Part shown: positions 30,558 to 40,306 of the stretch, piece by piece | Layout of the letters: each line of letters opens with the position of its first letter | Position numbering within the stretch: the first letter of the stretch is position 1 | Assembly (NCBI GenBank): GCA_024637145.1 | Contig: JAGXFQ010000040.1 | Span: forward strand, 37,948-101,947 | DNA from: Desulfobulbaceae bacterium | GTDB taxonomy: Bacteria > Desulfobacterota > Desulfobulbia > Desulfobulbales > SURF-16 | DNA: 64,000 bases | Direction of reading: 5' to 3' | Translations under genes and position numbers: made by a program | Notes under the pieces: generated by a model | What the model was told of the DNA's origin: nothing | Databases searched by the model: none | What the model saw: the letters and a program-made list of their open reading frames with translations, nothing else

Positions 30558-30684
30558 GGTTGCTCCCTTGGCGTCTGGCAGGCTGCGAAAAAAAAGGTGT
30601 GGACCGCCCGGCCCGGCGGGCAAGGGCACCGGCGGCCCTGGAGGTCTCTTGTCTTGGGCTGAGCACTACTGGGGGCGCTCTTGT

Positions 30685-30900
30685 TCAGGCAGTGGTGGAA
30701 ATACCCCGGGCGGCGAGATCCTTAAGAATCTTGGTAACCTGTTGGATATTGCAGTCATCTATTTGGTAGACGTTTTTCATGCCGTCCTGAAAATGGAGAA
30801 CAAAATGGCCCTGCTCATCCAGATGCGCCTTTCTGATATGGTCCTTGTCAAGCCAGGGCTGCATCTCTTCCATAAAATCAATTAAGCTGCATCTCTTCAT
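30685..30900 (-). CDS. Small hypothetical protein
   Basis: 71 aa, RBS GGAG, plausible composition. Confidence 0.7.
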   Translation of the reverse strand: MKRCSLIDFMEEMQPWLDKDHIRKAHLDEQGHFVLHFQDGMKNVYQIDDCNIQQVTKILKDLAARGISTTA

Positions 30901-31531
30901 TGCGGGTCTCCGGTGGGATGGACGTAGGCTTGGGGTCGGGCTCCTCTGTAGAGCCCCGGGCCAGGGCCGGGGCTGTGGCCCTGATTAACCCCAGATTATA
31001 GAACAATAGTAGCATGCAAGGGCCATAACTCCAAAACAAGATAAAGATCTTGTTTTGGAAAGGGGTCGCCGCACCCCAGCGGTGCCGGTCTCAGATTCCG
31101 CCCCGGCGGCTGGCCAGGGCCAGGGGCCGGTGTCTTATTTCTGGGCAGCTTTCTTCCTCTTCACGCTGAGCAGGCTGTCTCTTTTTTGGGCAGCCAAGGT
31201 GGCCTGGCCGGAGAGCAGAAGAGAATTTTTTAGAAAATATTTTATAATATCAAAATGTTAAATGGGATTTTCTCAGGAGAAGAGCTCATGGCACAGTCGC
31301 TGCAATTCCACCCTACCCAGCAGTTCATCGGCAAAGGAGATCCTGTGCTTTGCGACCGGCAGGGGATTTTTTTTGGCATTGCATGCAACTGTTATTTTTG
31401 CCCCAATGCAGCTATGATACGGAGACAAAAACGGCCAGCCCCTCCTTGTTGAGACCAGAGGGTGGCGGCTTCCTAAAAAAAACCACCTGCCCCCTTTGGC
31501 AGCAGGCCAGGCAGAAACAGGATACCCTTTG

Positions 31532-33268
31532 ATGATACCCAGGGCAGCACAGCCATTTAAGATCTCCAGAATCGCCCTCTCCTTGGTGGTGGCAAGTATT
31601 CTGCTGGCTCTTGTTGTGCTCACCATGACCACCAGCGGCTTTCGCCGGGAAGAGGCCCTGATGGAGAGGTTCTTCCTCAACGAAGGGCTCACCCTGATCC
31701 GCAGCTTTGAGGCCGGGGCCCGCACCTCCATGCGGCATTACCGGCAGGGTGAGGACCCCCTCACCACCCTGGTCAAGGAAACAACCAAGACAGAGGCCGT
31801 GGCCTATATCCATATTGTGGACGAGCAGGGCGAACTGGTAGCAGGGGCTGGAGAGTGGCCGCAGGCCGCAGAGCGCCCCGGGGTCAGCCAGGTGCTGGGC
31901 CGGGAAAGGCCGCTCACCACCCTGATCCCTGGCGCCAAGGTCTTTGAGATCGCCAGCCTTTTTCAACCCCTGGCCGGTTTCGGGCCCCGGGGCATGATGC
32001 GTCAGCGCTGGCAGCAGCTCAACAACGGGGAGCCGCTGCAGGTTTTTCCCCATGAAAAACCAGGCCGGCAGGTCATCTTTATCGGTTTGCGTACCTCGGA
32101 GTTTGACCAGATCCGCCATCAGGGGGTGAGGCATGGCTGGATTATGGCCGCCATCCTCTTTCTGGTGGGCAGCGCCGGCTTCTATTTTCTTTTTCTCTAC
32201 CAGGGGATCCGGGTCAGCCGTTCCACCTTGGCCAATATGGAGCTCTACACCGAAAACGTCATCAAGAGCATGCCGGCCGGTCTCATCACCCTGGACCGGC
32301 TGGGCCGCATCGTCTCCTGGAACGCCAAGGCGGCGGAACTGGCCGGCAGATCCTTTAGCTCCCTAGGCCACCAGAGGCTTGATGAGGTCTTTCCCCACTG
32401 GCCCTTGGACCTTCTGGATCATGATCCGCCTTTGCTGGAAGCCCCCCTGGAGTGTCTCCATGAACATGGGGAACGGATACCGGTGAAGGTGAGCGGCTCC
32501 CGGCTCAAGGACCAGGAGGGCAGGGAGATGGGTACGGTTCTGATCCTGCGTGACATCAGTGAGATACGGGCTCTGGAGAGGCAGGTGGAGCGTTCTCGCC
32601 GGCTGGCCGCCCTGGGTCAGATGGCGGCGGGTATTGCCCATGAGATCAGAAATCCCCTGGGCACCCTGCGCGGCTTTGCCCATTATTTCAAGGGGCAATG
32701 CGGAACTGATGAAAGCGGTAGGGAGTATGCCGAATTGATGATAGGCGAGGTGGATCGACTCAACCACATCATCTCCGCCCTCCTGCAATTTGCCCGGCCC
32801 AGGGAGCCCGATTTTCAGGAGATTGATCCCTGCGCCCTGCTGGCCAAGGCGGCCCAGCTTTTGGAGCACGATTTTGCCGCCAAAGGCCAGGCCCTGCAGC
32901 TGGCCTGTGCCGAAAAGATGACCCTGCAGGCAGACCCGGATCTGCTGCTCCAGGTCCTCATTAACCTGCTTAAAAACAGCATGGCCGCCACCCCGGCCGA
33001 GGGCGCCGTGGAGCTGGGCGCCTGCCGGGAAAAGGGCGGGATACGGATCTGGGTGCAGGACAGTGGCACGGGCATGAGCGAGGAGGAGCAGGAAAAGATG
33101 TTTGATCCCTTTTTTACCACCAAAAAAAGCGGCACCGGCCTGGGGCTGGCCGTCAGCCACCAGATCATCGAACAGCATCAGGGCCGTTTTGAGGTGCTAT
33201 CCGCCCCAACCAGGGGCACCCGCCTTGATATCCTCTTGCCGGCAGAGAGACCAAGGGGCCGTAAATGA
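31532..33268 (+). CDS. Sensor histidine kinase, ZraS/HydH-like
   Basis: Two TMs with LIRSFEAGART periplasmic start, PAS, AHEIRNPL H-box, N/G1/F/G2 boxes. Confidence 0.92.
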   Translation: MIPRAAQPFKISRIALSLVVASILLALVVLTMTTSGFRREEALMERFFLNEGLTLIRSFEAGARTSMRHYRQGEDPLTTLVKETTKTEAVAYIHIVDEQGELVAGAGEWPQAAERPGVSQVLGRERPLTTLIPGAKVFEIASLFQPLAGFGPRGMMRQRWQQLNNGEPLQVFPHEKPGRQVIFIGLRTSEFDQIRHQGVRHGWIMAAILFLVGSAGFYFLFLYQGIRVSRSTLANMELYTENVIKSMPAGLITLDRLGRIVSWNAKAAELAGRSFSSLGHQRLDEVFPHWPLDLLDHDPPLLEAPLECLHEHGERIPVKVSGSRLKDQEGREMGTVLILRDISEIRALERQVERSRRLAALGQMAAGIAHEIRNPLGTLRGFAHYFKGQCGTDESGREYAELMIGEVDRLNHIISALLQFARPREPDFQEIDPCALLAKAAQLLEHDFAAKGQALQLACAEKMTLQADPDLLLQVLINLLKNSMAATPAEGAVELGACREKGGIRIWVQDSGTGMSEEEQEKMFDPFFTTKKSGTGLGLAVSHQIIEQHQGRFEVLSAPTRGTRLDILLPAERPRGRK

Positions 33269-34632
33269 CACAACAGCGCACCACCATCCTCCTGGTCGAT
33301 GATGACCGGGCCCATCGCACCATGCTCAAGGCCAATCTGGCCGGGGAGGCCTTCACCATCCTGGAGGTGGCAGACGGTGATCAGGTTCTTGCCGCCCTGG
33401 CTGAGCATGACGTTGACCTGATCCTCCTTGATCTGAAGATGCAGCGCCTGGACGGCCTGGCCACCCTCTCTGCCCTTCAGGAGGCCGCTATCCGGGTGCC
33501 GGTCATTGTCATCACCGCCTTTTCTTCCGTGGAATCGGCGGTAATGGCCATGAAACGGGGGGCCTATGACTATGTCAGCAAGCCCATTGACATGGATGAG
33601 CTGCAGCTCATCATTGCCCGGGCCCTGCATGTGGAAAAACTGGAGCAGGAAAATATCCATCTCAAGGAGAGGCTCCAGGAGAATTTTGCCTTTGCCAATA
33701 TCATCGGCTCAAGCAAGGTGATGCAGGAGATGTTTGCTACCTTGCGTCTGGTGGCGCCTTCTGATGCCACGGTGCTTATCGGGGGCGAGTCGGGCACCGG
33801 CAAGGAGCTGATCGCCAATGCCCTCCATGAGAAGAGCTCAAGAAGGGAGGGGCCGTTTATCAAGGTCAACTGCGCCGCCCTCCATGAAAATCTCCTGGAA
33901 AGCGAACTTTTTGGCCATGAAAAGGGCGCCTTTACCGGTGCCACTGCGCAGCGCCGGGGCCGTTTTGAACAGGCCCATCGCGGCACTCTGTTTCTGGATG
34001 AAATCGGGGACATGACCCTGCCCACCCAGGCCAAGATCCTCCGGGTTTTGCAGGAGGGCGAGATTGAGCGGCTGGGGGGCAGCAAGACCATCAAGGTGGA
34101 TGTCCGTCTGGTGGCGGCCAGCCATCAGGACCTGGAGGCCATGGTGGCCCGGGGCAAGTTCCGGCAGGACCTCTTTTTCCGGCTCAGTGTGGTGCCCGTT
34201 ATCCTGCCGCCCCTGCGTGAGCGGGCCGGCGATATCCCTGATCTGGCCCGCTTTTTCCTCAAACGCTATGCCCGGAAAAACAAAAAGGATATCCGCACCA
34301 TCCAGCCCCAGGCCCTCAATCTCCTCATGCATCATCAGTGGCCCGGCAATATCCGGGAGCTGGAAAACTGCATGGAGCGGGCCGTCATCCTCTGTCAGGG
34401 GGAGCAGATCACCATGAGGGAACTCCCCCCGCCTCTTCAGCCCCAGGGCGCAGAGGATATGGAGACCCCTCCCCTGGCCACCGGCAGCGGCCTCACCCTG
34501 CGGGATATGGAGCGGGAAATGATCCGCACCACCCTGGCGGCAACGGCCGGTAATAAGTCCCAGACCGCCAGGGAGCTGGGAATCGCCCGTCAGACCCTGC
34601 TCAACAAGATCAAGGAGTATGGCCTGGATTAA
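33265..34632 (+). CDS. Sigma54-dependent response regulator, ZraR/NtrC-like
   Basis: Receiver, GESGTGKE, GAFTGA, Fis HTH. Confidence 0.95.
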   Translation: MTQQRTTILLVDDDRAHRTMLKANLAGEAFTILEVADGDQVLAALAEHDVDLILLDLKMQRLDGLATLSALQEAAIRVPVIVITAFSSVESAVMAMKRGAYDYVSKPIDMDELQLIIARALHVEKLEQENIHLKERLQENFAFANIIGSSKVMQEMFATLRLVAPSDATVLIGGESGTGKELIANALHEKSSRREGPFIKVNCAALHENLLESELFGHEKGAFTGATAQRRGRFEQAHRGTLFLDEIGDMTLPTQAKILRVLQEGEIERLGGSKTIKVDVRLVAASHQDLEAMVARGKFRQDLFFRLSVVPVILPPLRERAGDIPDLARFFLKRYARKNKKDIRTIQPQALNLLMHHQWPGNIRELENCMERAVILCQGEQITMRELPPPLQPQGAEDMETPPLATGSGLTLRDMEREMIRTTLAATAGNKSQTARELGIARQTLLNKIKEYGLD

Positions 34633-34646
34633 ATTCCCCGGCCAGA

Positions 34647-34821
34647 TGTCTCATCTCTAGATACCTGTCCCCCTGCTGCTTCCCCGGCCGCTGTCTCAAT
34701 TTGAGACAGCCAGGGCCCGTCATCCTGTAGCCCTCTGCTGTCACTTCTTTTTTAATTAAGTAATATCAAATAGTTATAAAATGAAGATCTTGCCCTCCGG
34801 CCCGGTGGCACGCCTTCTGCA
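34647..34821 (+). promoter_or_regulatory. Sigma54 promoter with enhancer palindromes and IHF site
   Basis: TGGCACGCCTTCTGCA at 34806-34821; palindrome TGTCTCAATTTGAGACA (~34692) and similar TGTCTCATCTCTAGATA (~34647); IHF consensus TATCAAATAGTTA (~34764). Confidence 0.8.
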
Positions 34822-34861
34822 TTATCTCCGGTAAGATCGAAACAACAACCGGAGGTAAAAA

Positions 34862-35014
34862 ATGAAACTCGTATTATTCGTCGCCCTTCTCCTGGCCCTG
34901 ACCATGGTGATAAGTGGTTGCGGCCCTTATTATGGGGGCCATGGCCGCGGCCATATGGTGGGTGAGACAACCGCCGTGACCCACCAGTCCACCACGCTCA
35001 AAGCTGGTTATTGA
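34862..35014 (+). CDS. Small His/Gly-rich lipoprotein (50 aa; absent from the ORF track)
   Basis: RBS GGAGGT; MKLVLFVALLLALTMVISGCGPYYGGHGRGHMVGETTAVTHQSTTLKAGY*, lipobox ISGC. Confidence 0.75.
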   Translation: MKLVLFVALLLALTMVISGCGPYYGGHGRGHMVGETTAVTHQSTTLKAGY

Positions 35015-35024
35015 GGTGGCCCCG

Positions 35025-35333
35025 ATGAGCTGCACATGGGGATGGCCGGGAACCGATTATCTGGCCCTGGGGCTCCTGCTGGTTCTGGCAGCCTGGCTGC
35101 TGATTTTCTTGCGGAGAAAGGCGATGTTGCCGCAGCGCACCATGAGCAGCTGTTCGGCCTGTGGCGGTTCCCTTGAGCCTGCCTATTTTCGTTGTCCCCA
35201 TTGTGGCAAGACCCTCAAGGGCCATTGCCCGAACTGCTCGGGAATTGTCGAGAGCAGGTGGCGTTACTGCCCGGATTGCGGGACACAAACAGCAACAACC
35301 AAACAAGAGTATAAAGGAGGAGCGGAGTCATGA
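35025..35333 (+). CDS. Membrane protein with double zinc ribbon
   Basis: TM helix then CSAC, CPHC, CPNC, CPDC. Confidence 0.85.
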   Translation: MSCTWGWPGTDYLALGLLLVLAAWLLIFLRRKAMLPQRTMSSCSACGGSLEPAYFRCPHCGKTLKGHCPNCSGIVESRWRYCPDCGTQTATTKQEYKGGAES

Positions 35334-35581
35334 TGCACTTTTCCGGTCATTATAATAACTTATTATGCGGACCCGGGGCCTTTTTCTCCGGCCCCCTGGG
35401 GATGATTGTTACCCTGCTCTTCTGGGGGCTTATCATCTATCTGGTGGTCAAGGCCGTGCAGGCTCTTTTCCGCTCCACCAAGGCTTCTTCGCCCACCAGC
35501 CTTGAACTGCTCAAAAGACGATATGCCAAGGGGGAGATCAGCGAAGAAGAGTTCAACCGCATCAAGGCGGAGCTGGAATAA
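35330..35581 (+). CDS. SHOCT domain membrane protein
   Basis: TM plus LELLKRRYAKGEISEEEF. Confidence 0.9.
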   Translation: MMHFSGHYNNLLCGPGAFFSGPLGMIVTLLFWGLIIYLVVKAVQALFRSTKASSPTSLELLKRRYAKGEISEEEFNRIKAELE

Positions 35582-35783
35582 AAGGCGGCCAGCTCAATAG
35601 GGAATATTATTGCCCTGGCAAATGGGCAGATCAATTTCCTTGACTCGCTTTGCCCTTGGCAGGGCATAATGGAGAGATGGGCACGGCCATAAGGCCCGAA
35701 ATAATCAGCCAGGCTGAAACGGCCATCCGGTGAAGAAACGGCGGATGGTTTTTAAAAACCACTATTTATAAGGAGTTACTGCA

Positions 35784-36266
35784 ATGAAAAAGACAATCTT
35801 CACAACGGTCCTCGCCCTCAGCATGACAGCAGCCGTTGCCATGGCCCAAGATAACATGGACATGGACATGGATATGGCGGATGGCCAGAATATGCAGCAG
35901 GGCCAGGGCATGATGTACGGCGGCATGGGTCAGGGTATGATGGGCGGCAGGGGCATGATGGGCGGCAAGGGCATGATGATGCAAGGCCGCCAGGGATGTA
36001 TGAATATGATGGAACCGGGCATGGGCCAGGGGATGATGAAGGGCGGTCGCATGATGACCAATATGTCTGCTGAAAAGCAGCAACAGTTCATGGATGAGAC
36101 CACGGAGACGCGCAAGAAAATGCATACCCTCCGTTTTGAATATATGGAGGCCAAGCGCAACCCCAAAACCACCCTCTCTGAACTGGCCGATATGGAGCAG
36201 AAGATGCTCGATATCCGTAAAGAGATGATGAAAAAAGCGGAGAAATATCAGGATAACAAGAAATAA
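35784..36266 (+). CDS. Periplasmic Met/Gly-rich protein (ZraP/Spy/CpxP-like)
   Basis: Signal peptide, GMMGG repeats, helical C-terminus; RBS AAGGAG. Confidence 0.8.
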   Translation: MKKTIFTTVLALSMTAAVAMAQDNMDMDMDMADGQNMQQGQGMMYGGMGQGMMGGRGMMGGKGMMMQGRQGCMNMMEPGMGQGMMKGGRMMTNMSAEKQQQFMDETTETRKKMHTLRFEYMEAKRNPKTTLSELADMEQKMLDIRKEMMKKAEKYQDNKK

Positions 36267-36542
36267 GGCAAGAGAGAGGAGGGAGATGGGTGCCGCCGGC
36301 CCCTTCTCTTTCTTCCCGTGGCAGTCAAGAGTATGGGGGAGGGCCTTTCCGGCAAGAGGGAAAGGCCCTCCCCTTTTTTTATGCACGCAGGCCAACCCTT
36401 GACCACCATGATCCCTCTCTTTGCCGCCACCAAGAACCGGGAGATTTTTTGTTTTTTTCGTGGCGTCGGGGGCGGGAAGGTTTATCTTAAGATACGGATT
36501 TTTAGCCGTAGAGACTTTAAGCCCCCAGATAAGGAGAAGCCC

Positions 36543-37439
36543 TTGATCGCCCTCACCCCCACCCAGCTCCGTCTTTTTTTCTTTGTCGCCATTCTGGTGC
36601 TGGTTGTCGGCTGGGAGCTGGTAGCCCCCAAACGAGCGCTCACCGTGGGAAAGGCGGGGCGCTGGTTCAATAACCTGGGCATTATCTTTCTGGGCTCTTT
36701 AGTGGTGCGGCTCCTCTTTCCCCTGGCGGCCTTGGGGGTGGCGGCGGCAGCCCGGGAGAGCGGCTGGGGCCTGTTTAGTCTCGTTGACCTGCCCTACTGG
36801 CTCAGCGTGCTGCTGGCCGTTCTCCTCCTTGATCTGGTCGTCTATCTGCAGCATGTGATGTTTCATACCCTGCCCATCCTCTGGCGCTTGCACATGGTAC
36901 ATCATGCTGATCTTGATATTGACGTGACCACTGGCCTGCGCTTTCATCCCCTGGAGATCATCATATCCATGTTCATCAAGATGGCAACCGTGGCCGCCCT
37001 TGGTCCGCCGCTCCTTGCCGTCTTGATCTTTGAGGTCGCCTTAAACGGCACGGCCATGTTCAACCACGGCAATATCCGTCTGCCGGCGGGGGTGGATCGT
37101 CTCCTGCGGCTGCTGGTGGTCACCCCTGATATGCACCGGGTCCATCACTCCGTGCTGATCCGCGAGACCAACAGTAATTTCGGCTTTAATTTCCCTTGGT
37201 GGGACCGGCTGTGCGGCACCTATCGCAGCCAGCCTGTTGCCGGCCACAAAGACATGGTTATCGGTCTCTCCCAATACCGCCACAAGGAGGAGGTGATCCT
37301 TTTCCGCCTGCTGCTCCTGCCCTTCATCGGCCGGCCGGGCCGCTACTCCATCAAATTCATAGGGGGCAATCCCCAACAGCCGGGCCAGGACAGGGGCATA
37401 AAAAAAGGAGCTGGAAATAAATCCAACTCCCTGAAATAA
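36543..37439 (+). CDS. Sterol desaturase/fatty-acid hydroxylase family protein
   Basis: TTG start after AAGGAG; His boxes HVMFH, HMVHH, RFHP, HRVHHS, NSNFG..WDRL.GTY. Confidence 0.9.
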   Translation: MIALTPTQLRLFFFVAILVLVVGWELVAPKRALTVGKAGRWFNNLGIIFLGSLVVRLLFPLAALGVAAAARESGWGLFSLVDLPYWLSVLLAVLLLDLVVYLQHVMFHTLPILWRLHMVHHADLDIDVTTGLRFHPLEIIISMFIKMATVAALGPPLLAVLIFEVALNGTAMFNHGNIRLPAGVDRLLRLLVVTPDMHRVHHSVLIRETNSNFGFNFPWWDRLCGTYRSQPVAGHKDMVIGLSQYRHKEEVILFRLLLLPFIGRPGRYSIKFIGGNPQQPGQDRGIKKGAGNKSNSLK

Positions 37440-37469
37440 CCATGGTGCGCCCGGCTGGATTCGAACCAG
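37432..37469. repeat. 38-bp direct repeat of the tRNA-Arg 3' end (island att site)
   Basis: TGAAATAACCATGGTGCGCCCGGCTGGATTCGAACCAG, identical to 51237-51274. Confidence 0.95.
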
Positions 37470-37617
37470 ATTTGACCATAACTCTCAAATCTGCCATAGG
37501 GGCCACACGCCCCTCTCCCCCGCTACAGGCATAGGCATTTTACCGCAATAACCACCCGTCTTAACAGAATAAACCCCTTGTACTACTTCCTGAGGTCAGA
37601 CATGAATAACTTAAAGG

Positions 37618-37929
37618 TCATGATAGGCAATAGATATAGGCAGGTTCCTGGAGATGGAGACTTTTCTTTAGCAGCGTCAACTTGGACCTGCAGTTCAGCG
37701 TGGATACCTTCCCTTCCGTGACAAGATGGGATATAAAGCGCTCAACGTCCTGTGCCCCAAGGGTATTCGGGTGTATCTTGCCGCCGAAATGATAAATGAA
37801 GTGCAGAATCCACTGGCAATAGGTCTGCTCAGTTCGATAGGCATAGTGACAATTCCGCAAGACCTCGCGGGTCTGGTCCATCAGTTTGAGCTCGGGATCA
37901 GGACGGAATTTCGGTTTATTTTCCACCAT
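37618..37929 (-). pseudogene. intI: Integron integrase, truncated after the N-terminal SAM-like domain
   Basis: KLMDQTREVLR..HYAYRTEQTYC.WI..FI..HP..LG..DVERFISHL..EGKVST; similarity stops near 37700 before the usual STQ.QAL.A; no catalytic domain; divergent from the cassettes. Confidence 0.88.
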
Positions 37930-38039
37930 AGCCCCTATAATAACGCAAGAAGTGGAAAAGATGCACACAATGGGTAATAAGTGGAAAAAAAAGAAGAATT
38001 TTCCACTTATTATGCTTTAAGATCACAATAAGCGGAAAA

Positions 38040-38098
38040 TCCGTCCACCTATAAGGGGTAATATAACGGACAAAATTTTACTTATTACACTGTTAGGC
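38040..38098 (+). other. attI-like site
   Basis: GTTAGGC at 38092-38098 between intI and the first cassette, exactly complementary to GCCTAAC at 38500. Confidence 0.7.
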
Positions 38099-38109
38099 GG
38101 CATAAAACT

Positions 38110-38490
38110 ATGAACCAAGATGAAGTAATCGAAATTGGAAAGCGTTATTTTGAGAGTCTTTTCCCTAGAAGCTGCCCAAATTGTCAACGGCAATTCCAAA
38201 CGCTTCGTGAGTATTTATCAGTTACTACCCGAACTGGATATGCTCATTCCTATGATGCTGAAGTTGGCGACTGGAAACCTGAGGACCCGATTGGGACGAT
38301 AATGTGTGCTAATTGCCCCTGCGGATCAACCCTCGCACTGACCACAGAACAAATGGTTTTTACCCAAAGTCTGGCATTGTTGGATTGGATTCGGCAAGAA
38401 ACACAAAGACGAGGTATAAGCCCATCAGAGTTATTGGAAAGGTTGCGAGATAAAGTGCGTCAGGTTGTTTTAGATAAATCAGATAAATGA
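38110..38490 (+). CDS. Cassette: hypothetical Cys-motif (putative Zn-binding) protein
   Basis: FPRSCPNC..CANCPCGSTL; bounded by GTTAGGC and GCCTAAC. Confidence 0.8.
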   Translation: MNQDEVIEIGKRYFESLFPRSCPNCQRQFQTLREYLSVTTRTGYAHSYDAEVGDWKPEDPIGTIMCANCPCGSTLALTTEQMVFTQSLALLDWIRQETQRRGISPSELLERLRDKVRQVVLDKSDK

Positions 38491-38499
38491 TATCCTATT

Positions 38500-38559
38500 G
38501 CCTAACAAGTTGTTGCAAAGGGGTGCGCTGACGAGCGCCTCTGAACATTGGCGTTGGGC
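38500..38559 (+). other. attC site (intact-looking, 60 bp)
   Basis: R'' GCCTAAC .. R' GTTGGGC with imperfect internal palindrome. Confidence 0.85.
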
Positions 38560-38608
38560 GCCTTAACATAGAGCGCGCAAGCTTGGCATGACTGTCGGAG
38601 ATGCTTTC

Positions 38609-38803
38609 ATGAGTCAGTTGAAACTGAGCAAGGCTTTTACCCTGATGGAATTAGGGCCTGTGGTCCTCGTGACAACCCATGATGGGAAGAAAGACAACAT
38701 CATGACTATCTCCTGGACCATGGTGATGGATTTCACACCGGTATTTGCTATCACCACGGGTGAATGGAATCACTCCTTCGCGGCGTTGCAAAGCAACGCT
38801 TGA
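38609..38803 (+). pseudogene. Cassette: truncated duplicate of the flavin reductase-like gene
   Basis: Near-identical to 42831 onward until ~38790, then unrelated short repeats. Confidence 0.9.
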
Positions 38804-38942
38804 GCAACGCTTGGGAGCACGCTTGGGGTCGGGCCACGCTAACTAACTGAAAATATTGGTGTTTATTGTAGTAAATAGGCCTTTTTTGGGGCTATATTGA
38901 TGTTTTTAATGCCAAAAACGTCAATATAGGGCCAGATAACTC

Positions 38943-38993
38943 ATGGCTAGAGCAAAAAGACATACTACCCCAGGACAGATATGGCATCTTACG
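38943..38993 (+). pseudogene. N-terminal remnant of a REP-associated (RAYT/Y1-like) transposase
   Basis: MARAKRHTTPGQIWHLT matches the MARxxRxxxPGxxxHxT start typical of this family; similarity then ends. Confidence 0.55.
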
Positions 38994-39050
38994 GTTGATG
39001 GCCGTATTCCACACTGCAATGTCACATTCCATGAAGGATTCAAAGCAAAT

Positions 39051-39142
39051 GGCCAACCAAACGCTTGACTTGAGTGGACGCGAAGAACTTCGGCGGCCTT
39101 ACGGGCAAGTTCCTTGGCGCGCCATTCAGCTCAACGTTATGC
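39051..39142 (+). other. attC site
   Basis: GGCCAAC-CAAACGCTTGA..GCCATTCAGCTCAAC-GTTATGC. Confidence 0.7.
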
Positions 39143-39282
39143 ATTGTGGAGCCTGCAAAATTTAAGTTACAAATCTCTGCCATTAACCCTAGCGCAGTTG
39201 ACCTTGAGGAAGCTGTTCTGTAATCTCTATACTGGGTAGTAACAGATCGACATTGACTCCAAGGATGAGGTGCTTTCGCCCC

Positions 39283-40221
39283 ATGGCTTTCGGTATCTAC
39301 GACAAAATTCCCGCTCCGGTGAGGCACTGGCTCAGCATCCTGGCTGCTGCGAGCAGGTATTGGCTGGCGAGCCAGGCCTTCATTTATGCCGCAGCGCTGG
39401 CGTTCTTTACCGTTTTCTCCATCGCGCCGATCCTGGTAGTGATTGTCACTCTGGTCGGGCTGGTTATTGGCGAGAGGGCTGTCCGGGGTGAACTCTTCGA
39501 GCAGCTCGAGGGGACTCTCGGTCCGGAAGCGGCAGGCGTGGTGCAGACAGCAGTGATCAATTCGCAGGTCGATCAGAGTGGCATCTGGCCGGCGTTGATA
39601 GGGATCGTCGCCACCATAGTCGGTGCCACCACGGTTTTCGCCCAGATGCAGCTGTCCCTGAATCAGATCTGGGACGTTGCGCCACGTCCTTCCAGAAGCA
39701 GCATGTGGGTCTTCGTCAAGAGGCGGGTGCTGTCGCTGACCATCATCCTGGCCATCGGGTTCACCCTGTTGGTCTCGTTAATATTGTCAGTGGCTTTGCG
39801 TGGCGTGATGGCGTTCGCGGAGGAATGGCTACCGGTTCCTGGTGGGACGATGGTGAGCATGGAGATATTCCTGTCGCTGCTCGTGGTCACGCTCCTGTTC
39901 GCGGCGATCTTCAAGATCCTGCCCGACGTGCTGCTGTCTTGGCGAGACGTCCTGCTCGGTGCGTTCATCACTGCATTGCTGTTCACGGTGGGCCGTTCCC
40001 TGATCTCCATCTATCTGGCCTATACTGCGACAGCATCGGCCTATGGCGCTGCCGGCTCTCTGGCGCTGCTCCTGCTCTGGGTGAACTATTCCTCCATGAT
40101 CCTCCTGTTCGGGGCTGCGTTTACGCGTGCGCACCTCGAAGGCAGAGGCATGCCCGTCTTGCCCAAGAGCACGGCGGTTCGTGTGCACCGAGAATTGATC
40201 GATGAAGTGCAGGAAAGCTGA
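39283..40221 (+). CDS. Cassette: YihY/virulence factor BrkB family membrane protein
   Basis: AAALAFFTVFSIAP..LNQIW..FKILPD..YGAAGSL..LLWVNYS. Confidence 0.93.
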   Translation: MAFGIYDKIPAPVRHWLSILAAASRYWLASQAFIYAAALAFFTVFSIAPILVVIVTLVGLVIGERAVRGELFEQLEGTLGPEAAGVVQTAVINSQVDQSGIWPALIGIVATIVGATTVFAQMQLSLNQIWDVAPRPSRSSMWVFVKRRVLSLTIILAIGFTLLVSLILSVALRGVMAFAEEWLPVPGGTMVSMEIFLSLLVVTLLFAAIFKILPDVLLSWRDVLLGAFITALLFTVGRSLISIYLAYTATASAYGAAGSLALLLLWVNYSSMILLFGAAFTRAHLEGRGMPVLPKSTAVRVHRELIDEVQES

Positions 40222-40306
40222 ACATGACGGAATGCCCGGACTGCGGCCTCAACTTCGGCTGTTGTTTGGCTGCAGAGTAGATGCGCATGAATGAGGTAGC
40301 GTCGTC

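Noticed and set aside
31375-31390. TGGCATTGCATGCAAC as a sigma54 promoter for the sensor kinase
   Set aside because: GG-N10-GC spacing is not met
37440-37469. Second tRNA gene
   Set aside because: Only the T-arm and acceptor 3' part are present; it is the att duplication
37601-37700. Short + strand reading frame after GAGGT as a remnant of the island integrase
   Set aside because: No recognisable motif; cannot be supported
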